Shown piece after piece: positions 23,367 to 27,726 of a stretch of DNA of 27,726 nt. A program made the translations under genes and the position numbers. Source of the DNA: a virus (taxonomy: Duplodnaviria > Caudoviricetes); IMG/VR virus record IMGVR_UViG_3300025389_000090, positions 1-27,726 of that record; one strand, written 5' to 3'. Each line of letters starts with the position of its first letter. Position 1 is the first letter of the stretch. The notes below the pieces were generated by a model that saw only the letters and a program-made list of their open reading frames with translations, did not search any database and was not told where the DNA came from.

Positions 23367-26300
23367 ATGAAGATTAATTTAAGCCCTACTTACATATCGG
23401 ACTCTTCTTCTGCAAGAAGGCAGCCGATTCCTATTGATGTCAATTTAGACCCAACTGCAAATTCTATAACAGCTCCATTTAAACAATCTAGACAAAATGG
23501 TTACATCTCCCCAATCGGAGCTAATAAAAGCTTAAGTGGATTGATTGTTTATTTACAAGGAGGTTCATTAGATGGAACTATTCCGCCAGAACCACCACCG
23601 CCACCACCTGATAATCCTAAAAAACCAACTGGAACTGCTCCATTACAAGTAACAAATTTACAAGCTCAGTATTTAAAAGATTCAAACAATCATTTTACTG
23701 GACAAGTTCAAGTAACTTTTGATTTTGATCTTACCGACCCATTAAATGTAAGCTTTGCTTATATTCAATTAGGTTTAAGCATAGGAGGTACAACTTATAA
23801 ACTTGTTACCCCTAATGTGCCATATGATTTAGCATATTTTAATGCAGACCCAGTTCATCAATCAATTACACTTAGCATTCCAGATCTATCTTCAACTGGA
23901 GTTTATAAGACATACGCTTTTGATCATGTTGAAGTTGCAACTTATAGTTACGATAATTTTACAAATGGTTTTGTTTATGCACAATTTTTGGTATTGTACA
24001 CATCTTCATTGCCAGCACCAATAATAACAGAATCGGATACTACATCCGCATATATTATAGCAACAACAAATTTAGAAACTGTTAAAAAAGATTATTCAGG
24101 ATTATTTAATTCAGAAATAATTCAAGAATTTGTATATCCAAATACTGGATTGACACCGACGCAAGTTGATGCTGCTGCATTAGCGGCAACACAAACAAAC
24201 CCTCCTACTGATGGCTGGGTTCAAGTTGGTGAACCTAGAACAATAAGCCCAACATCAATTTTTGCTTATGATGGAAATCATCGTTATGTAAGAGCATATT
24301 TTGTTGATTCTTCTGGTTCGCTATCTTCAGTTTCCAATTATGTTGAAGCAACCCCGACTGCATTATTGCCTAATAACACTTTGCCTCCAGACGGCTTTGT
24401 TGGAGCTGTTTCCGCTTCATTTTCAAATAATGGTGCTGGAGATGACATAAATATTTCTTATACTCTGCCCACAATAGTAAGTTCAAATCTTAATAAACCA
24501 GTTAGCATAAAAGTAACCTTGACTCCAATTGATCAGCAATCAATATCTGGTTCTTTTTATCATATTATAAATAACATATCTGTCACTGCAACTGGAACAA
24601 GTGGACAAAATACAATAACTGTTCCTTCTGGAAGTGCAATAGTAATTGGTCAAGCCGTATCTGGAACTGGAATTGGATCTGGAGCAAAAGTAACTGCAGT
24701 ATCAGACACATTAATAACTTTATCTGTTGTTAATTCTGGATCAGTATCTGGAACAATTAACTTTATAGATACTGGATTTACTATATTTTCAAACTTAATA
24801 TCATCACAATTTGGCGGTCAATTCTTTTCATCCTATTCGGGAACTGCTGTAATAGTATCTCAAGCGGGAGTAACAAGTTCTGTTATATCAAATCTTAGTC
24901 CATCTCCATTTACAAGAACAGACTCACTTTCTTCAGTTACTCCCACTGCCGTCGTATCAAATGTTTTAGATGGTTACTCTGTTCAATTTAACTTTACTGG
25001 CACAATAGCTTCCTCTGCTCAAATTTATCAATTCTTTATAGACCCAACATCATGGATTGGGTCGGGGACAAATTATGCTATACCAGATTATCTCGATTCA
25101 ACTGTTTCTTCTTGGTCCATATCTTCAGCAAATCAAATAGTAGTATCTAACTTAACTGCAGAAAATGGTAATTTTGTTTTACCTTCTGGAACATTACCAT
25201 ATAAAGGTTATGCTGTTTCTGGAACAAATATACCAGCAAATACATGGATAACATCTATATCTGGAACTGGACCAACGTACACTTTAAATCTTAATAATTC
25301 ATTAACCCAGGCCCCATCTGGAAATATTCATATTCAAACTAAAGTTTATGACGGTATAGGACCAGCTAATGTATTTTCACAGTATCACTCTTCAATATAT
25401 GTTGTTGTTGTATTTTATAGTAAATATAACACTAGATCAAAAAACTCTTTAGTACTAGTTGCAAACCCAACAGATCCTTCTATATCTGTTATATCAAATG
25501 CAATTCAAGTAGGAAGTGGCGGAGCAATATACGTAGGTTCATCAGCAACTACTGGATCAAGAATAGTATTGGGACCTTCAGGTATAAACGGTCCAGATGG
25601 ATCAGCATCTTATTCTGGAATATTTGCTTTTGATTACGGCTCAACATCTGGGTCCTCCGCAAGTACTGCAATAATAACAAATCCTGGTGCAAATAGTTAT
25701 ACATTTGAAACCGTTAATGCAAAGATTGCAGATTGGTCTGTTAATGGAACTCAAATTCAAAATACCTTAGATTTAGGTGCAACAAACTATGTAGGCCTTT
25801 CAGCTACTGGCCCATATTCAATATGGGCGGGATCAACTGATAGTGGTGGAAATTCTACCGCTAACTTTTCAGTAACACCAACTGGTAATGTATCTGCTAG
25901 AAACTTATCTATATATGGTCGTGGAACTTTAAATATTATAAGTGCTATAGGAAATGGCTCTACAGTTGCTTATACAGTTGGATCTGGATCTACTCCTGCT
26001 AAACATTATTTGACAGTTGGACAATCAATCACAACATCTGGATTTAGTAATGCCAATTATAATCTTAGTTTACAGCAAATTGTTTCTGTTACTGATACAA
26101 CATTTACTGTTAACGGTAATGCAACTGGAACGTCTGGATCGGGTAGGGCAACAGTATCTTTAATTTCTGCAGGATCTTATTTGAGCATAATGTCAGACGG
26201 AACGATAAATGCTTCAAATGTTTATTTGTCTGGTTCTTTAAATGTAAATCAACCATCTACGTTTAATAGTAATATCAATATTGGTCCCGCTGGATATTTA

Positions 26301-27548
26301 ATTGCAACAGGTACAAATGGAACAGTAACATTGGGCGGGGCTGGTATACAAGCAGCAAAAAACGGATCCGTAACTACACAGATATCCTCAACTCCTATAG
26401 GAGATGATGGAGTAACATTTGCTACCCAATCTGCATACCTTGGTGCATCAAACAAATCTGGCGCATGGTATGTATCAAATAATTTAATTAGTTCTAAAGG
26501 TATAGAACTAGATTCAAGCTCTGGATATATAACGGCTTATCCGCTAGATCTTGTAAATGGAAGCTTAACAAAGAATTCTTTGTATGGAGTAAGAATATAT
26601 GGCGGAAGTTCAACTGGTGGCCTAGCTATCTCTGCAGGTCTTTTTACTAAAAATACTACCACGAATACGCCAGATGCAAATTTTTATGTAACAACGGATG
26701 GATTACTTTTTGCAAAAAATGCAACAATTTCTGGAACAGTAACCGCTAATAAATTTACTATAGATGCAAATAATTATTGGAACGACGACACACATAACGG
26801 TAATTTTAGAATAGGAACAGCTTCAAATGCAACCAGTCCAAGTTATTTATCTTATGATGGAGATAATGGACTAGTTGTTTATGGTAAGATTACGGCAACT
26901 TCTGGCTATATAGGAAGTAGCACCAGTGGTTGGATCATTAATAGTTCTAATATTGTTTCTAAGATATGGAATAAAGATACCAATGACGTAGGTTATTTAA
27001 AATTAGACGCATCTACAGATTCAATTACTTCTTATGCTCCAAGTACGTCAGCAGCTGGAACAACTTTAACTTATAATGCTAGTTATTCTGGCGGAGCTAT
27101 AACAAGCACCACTGCAACCGCAGCTCAGATAGCGACATCAACATCATTTCAATCAGGCTTGATAACTTCAACTGGCTATACAGTATTAAAAACTAAAAAA
27201 GCTTTTCAAGTTTTTAAAGATACCGCAGCAGCAGGTGACATGCCAGCATTTTCAATAGATCCAGATGGAACTTCAACGTATTGGAATAATGGCAACGGAT
27301 CAACTTTACAAAATGTTTCATTTACTTCAATAAATACTAAAGTAATTTATTTAAATACAGATGATATAATTATAGGTAATTCCCCAGGAGGTTTTATTTA
27401 TATTAACGGATCTCCTTATATTAGAAATGATACTGAAGTTTCTGGAACTCATCAGTATTTAAGAAATATATATATAGGCACTACCCCGCCAACAACTGGA
27501 GTTGTTAGTGGTACTGGTTTTATTGGAGATTTATATGTTACTTATTAA
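23367..27548 (+). CDS. Large tail fibre / receptor-binding-like protein
   Basis: 1393 aa, S/T/G/N-rich, with FN3-like segments (APLQVTNL, YVRAYFVD..GSLSSVSN), fibre repeats (NFSVTPTGNVSA, NATISGTVTA, GKITATSGYIG) and C-terminal GDLYVTY. AGGAGG RBS. Confidence 0.75.
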   Translation: MKINLSPTYISDSSSARRQPIPIDVNLDPTANSITAPFKQSRQNGYISPIGANKSLSGLIVYLQGGSLDGTIPPEPPPPPPDNPKKPTGTAPLQVTNLQAQYLKDSNNHFTGQVQVTFDFDLTDPLNVSFAYIQLGLSIGGTTYKLVTPNVPYDLAYFNADPVHQSITLSIPDLSSTGVYKTYAFDHVEVATYSYDNFTNGFVYAQFLVLYTSSLPAPIITESDTTSAYIIATTNLETVKKDYSGLFNSEIIQEFVYPNTGLTPTQVDAAALAATQTNPPTDGWVQVGEPRTISPTSIFAYDGNHRYVRAYFVDSSGSLSSVSNYVEATPTALLPNNTLPPDGFVGAVSASFSNNGAGDDINISYTLPTIVSSNLNKPVSIKVTLTPIDQQSISGSFYHIINNISVTATGTSGQNTITVPSGSAIVIGQAVSGTGIGSGAKVTAVSDTLITLSVVNSGSVSGTINFIDTGFTIFSNLISSQFGGQFFSSYSGTAVIVSQAGVTSSVISNLSPSPFTRTDSLSSVTPTAVVSNVLDGYSVQFNFTGTIASSAQIYQFFIDPTSWIGSGTNYAIPDYLDSTVSSWSISSANQIVVSNLTAENGNFVLPSGTLPYKGYAVSGTNIPANTWITSISGTGPTYTLNLNNSLTQAPSGNIHIQTKVYDGIGPANVFSQYHSSIYVVVVFYSKYNTRSKNSLVLVANPTDPSISVISNAIQVGSGGAIYVGSSATTGSRIVLGPSGINGPDGSASYSGIFAFDYGSTSGSSASTAIITNPGANSYTFETVNAKIADWSVNGTQIQNTLDLGATNYVGLSATGPYSIWAGSTDSGGNSTANFSVTPTGNVSARNLSIYGRGTLNIISAIGNGSTVAYTVGSGSTPAKHYLTVGQSITTSGFSNANYNLSLQQIVSVTDTTFTVNGNATGTSGSGRATVSLISAGSYLSIMSDGTINASNVYLSGSLNVNQPSTFNSNINIGPAGYLIATGTNGTVTLGGAGIQAAKNGSVTTQISSTPIGDDGVTFATQSAYLGASNKSGAWYVSNNLISSKGIELDSSSGYITAYPLDLVNGSLTKNSLYGVRIYGGSSTGGLAISAGLFTKNTTTNTPDANFYVTTDGLLFAKNATISGTVTANKFTIDANNYWNDDTHNGNFRIGTASNATSPSYLSYDGDNGLVVYGKITATSGYIGSSTSGWIINSSNIVSKIWNKDTNDVGYLKLDASTDSITSYAPSTSAAGTTLTYNASYSGGAITSTTATAAQIATSTSFQSGLITSTGYTVLKTKKAFQVFKDTAAAGDMPAFSIDPDGTSTYWNNGNGSTLQNVSFTSINTKVIYLNTDDIIIGNSPGGFIYINGSPYIRNDTEVSGTHQYLRNIYIGTTPPTTGVVSGTGFIGDLYVTY

Positions 27549-27557
27549 GGATGTGTA

Positions 27558-27726
27558 ATGGGTCTTTATTTAAAAAGTGGAGACAGCAAATGGAAAAATT
27601 GGTCAACTTTTAGAGTCAAAGTTGAAGGTAACATATGGAAAGATGTTAAATCTGGTTTTGTAAAAATATTTAATAATACTTGGGTTCAATTTTTTCCAAA
27701 TGCTTTAATTCCAGATTATCCAGCTA
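27558..27726 (+). CDS. 5' part of the next tail-associated gene (truncated by window end)
   Basis: MGLYLKSGDSKWKNWSTFRVKVEGNIWKDVKSGFVKIFNNTWVQFFP..., three (Y/F/R)xK....W hairpin repeats, AAGGA RBS, open to the edge. Confidence 0.7.
   Translation, partial: MGLYLKSGDSKWKNWSTFRVKVEGNIWKDVKSGFVKIFNNTWVQFFPNALIPDYPA

Noticed and set aside
1-27726. Stop-codon reassignment, prompted by the rarity of TAG
   Set aside because: Genes are full length and tightly packed under the standard code; TAA preference fits the AT-rich composition.
22802-27726. Diversity-generating retroelement or invertible tail fibre cassette
   Set aside because: No reverse transcriptase, recombinase, near-identical repeat pair or inverted fibre segment is visible in this window.
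1-27726. CRISPR array, tRNA, intron or intein
   Set aside because: Intergenic gaps are all under about 105 nt and are accounted for by promoters and terminators; no spaced repeats, cloverleaf or splicing motifs were recognised by eye.

Overview
AT-rich segment of a tailed dsDNA phage (siphovirus-type: tail tube and tape measure present, no sheath), with every credible gene on the + strand. The left end (1-2600) holds three tandem, divergent 2OG-Fe(II) dioxygenases of the prolyl-4-hydroxylase-like type and two small ORFs, one a Cys/His mini-protein missed by the ORF track. A nearly complete virion module follows: hypothetical, portal, HK97-type prohead protease fused to a scaffold with a strong internal start, major capsid, Rho-N/HeH-like protein, head-tail adaptor, head closure, neck/tail completion, tail terminator, tail tube, tail chaperone with a -1 frameshift (C CCA AAC plus a hairpin), 1939-aa tape measure, putative distal tail, 1486-aa putative hub/tip, and tail fibre proteins. 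No terminase, lysis, tRNA or CRISPR is visible. Regulatory features are unusually legible: seven TGn-TA(T/A)(A/T)AT extended -10 boxes, two terminators, an identical 22-nt initiation region on the capsid and tail tube genes, and TAA-TTG starts on the two largest tail genes. All product calls come from motif reading and gene order; no database searches were run.
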